From the NCBI GenBank assembly GCA_964356195.1, contig CAYHGP010000006.1, forward strand, positions 1-41,214: a stretch of 41,214 bases of DNA, read 5' to 3'. Positions 40,765 through 41,214 of the stretch are shown in pieces. A model generated the notes under the pieces. It did not search any database, had not been told where the DNA came from, and saw only the letters and a list, made by a program, of their open reading frames with translations. Within the stretch, counting starts at the first letter, position 1. The number at the start of each line of letters is the position of its first letter. This stretch comes from an uncultured Candidatus Peribacteria bacterium. Lineage in GTDB: Bacteria; Patescibacteriota; Gracilibacteria; UBA1369; 2-02-FULL-48-14. Made by a program: the position numbers and the translations under genes.

Positions 40765-41214
40765 TTAAATTACTACTCTTGGTAACAAGGGAGAGATCCG
40801 AGTGACCACTTCGTAGTTAATAGTGCCGATTTTTTCACCGATTTCTTCTGCCGTGATGCGATTGGAGCCTTGTTCACCGAGCAGCACCACTTCCTCTTCC
40901 GGCTTCACGGTGGCGAGATGGCTGACGTCCACGGTGAACATATTCATGGAAACACGACCCAAAATGGGGCAGCGGGTTCCTTGGATGAGGACTTCTCCTT
41001 TGCTTGAAAGTCCTCGGTCGTAACCGTCGCTGTAACCTTGTGGGATCACGGCGATTTTGGTTGGCTTTGTGGTGATGTGCGTGAGCCCGTAACCGATGGA
41101 GTGGCCGACCGGAAGTGTTTTCACTTGGGCTACGTGGCTCACCCAACGTAAGACAGGTTTAAGCTCAAACGCTTGGTTTGATTTTTTGAGCTCTTCGGAG
41201 GGCCACAGTCCGTA
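40765..41214 (-). CDS. alr: Alanine racemase, C-terminal part (gene runs off the window end)
   Basis: The frame stays open to the window edge. YGLWPSEELKKSNQAFELKPVLRWVSHVAQVKTLPVGHSIGYG...IAVIPQGYSDGYDR...VLIQGTRCPILGRVSMNMFTVDV...INYEVVTRISPLLPRV is the canonical Alr C-terminal domain. Confidence 0.9.
   Translation of the reverse strand, partial: YGLWPSEELKKSNQAFELKPVLRWVSHVAQVKTLPVGHSIGYGLTHITTKPTKIAVIPQGYSDGYDRGLSSKGEVLIQGTRCPILGRVSMNMFTVDVSHLATVKPEEEVVLLGEQGSNRITAEEIGEKIGTINYEVVTRISPLLPRVVI

Noticed and set aside
40620-40805. 61-aa plus-strand ORF across the truB-alr spacer
   Set aside because: It is produced by the inverted-repeat sequence itself, and it overlaps the truB end and the alr end. 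No support.
1-41214. CRISPR arrays, tRNA/rRNA genes, IS elements, integrases and prophage blocks
   Set aside because: - No regularly spaced direct repeats.
- No intergenic region, other than the 1298-1804 gap handled separately above, that is long enough for a tRNA or rRNA gene.
- No transposase- or integrase-like translation in any listed ORF.
1-41214. Alternative genetic code (UGA as Gly, code 25, as in some CPR relatives)
   Set aside because: Well-recognised genes end at natural lengths on UGA (for example gatA at 20129-20131 and truB at 40679-40681). No conserved protein is interrupted by in-frame UGA. The standard code fits.

Overview
This is a gene-dense, mostly housekeeping bacterial window with standard genetic code (UGA ends several well-supported genes). 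I found no rRNA, tRNA, CRISPR array, transposase or integrase. The gene content suggests a small-genome, Patescibacteria/CPR-like organism (for example Peregrinibacteria-like), but that is inference only. The evidence is cell-envelope and translation genes, a membrane pyrophosphatase, two archaeal-type enzymes (triosephosphate isomerase and a RibL-type FAD synthetase), and many short gene overlaps.

Recognisable genes, in order:
- mltG (partial), ybaB, rplY/ctc, hppA, a long Rel/SpoT enzyme, a LysE-family exporter, an aquaporin, recO, ftsX
- ribL-like gene, a PadR regulator with a DUF1700-type membrane partner, a DinD/Bro-N-like protein, gatC, gatA, an S51 peptidase
- a TrmB-like regulator, glnA, holA, tpiA, an O-antigen-ligase-like protein, an eRF1-like small protein, a riboflavin kinase, murE, truB, alr (partial)

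The main candidate for something new is an 11.4-kb minus-strand cassette (23840-35252). It encodes a 1736-aa orphan giant protein with no signal peptide and a central glycine-rich beta-strand-like segment. Next comes a 50-aa lipoprotein ORF that is absent from the ORF track. Then comes a 1685-aa secreted, very acidic, Cys-rich modular giant protein, and finally holA. Spacers between these genes are only 1-14 nt.

Other leads:
- a G13 tract inside a promoter spacer, plus an A10 tract in the first codons of the downstream gene
- a roughly 500-nt non-coding gap with a 13-bp hairpin and a possible closed multi-hairpin fold
- an eRF1-like protein and a membrane protein whose stop and start codons overlap
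- a hybrid archaeal/bacterial route to FAD
- a nested inverted repeat between truB and alr

All family assignments come from reading motifs by eye. No searches were run.
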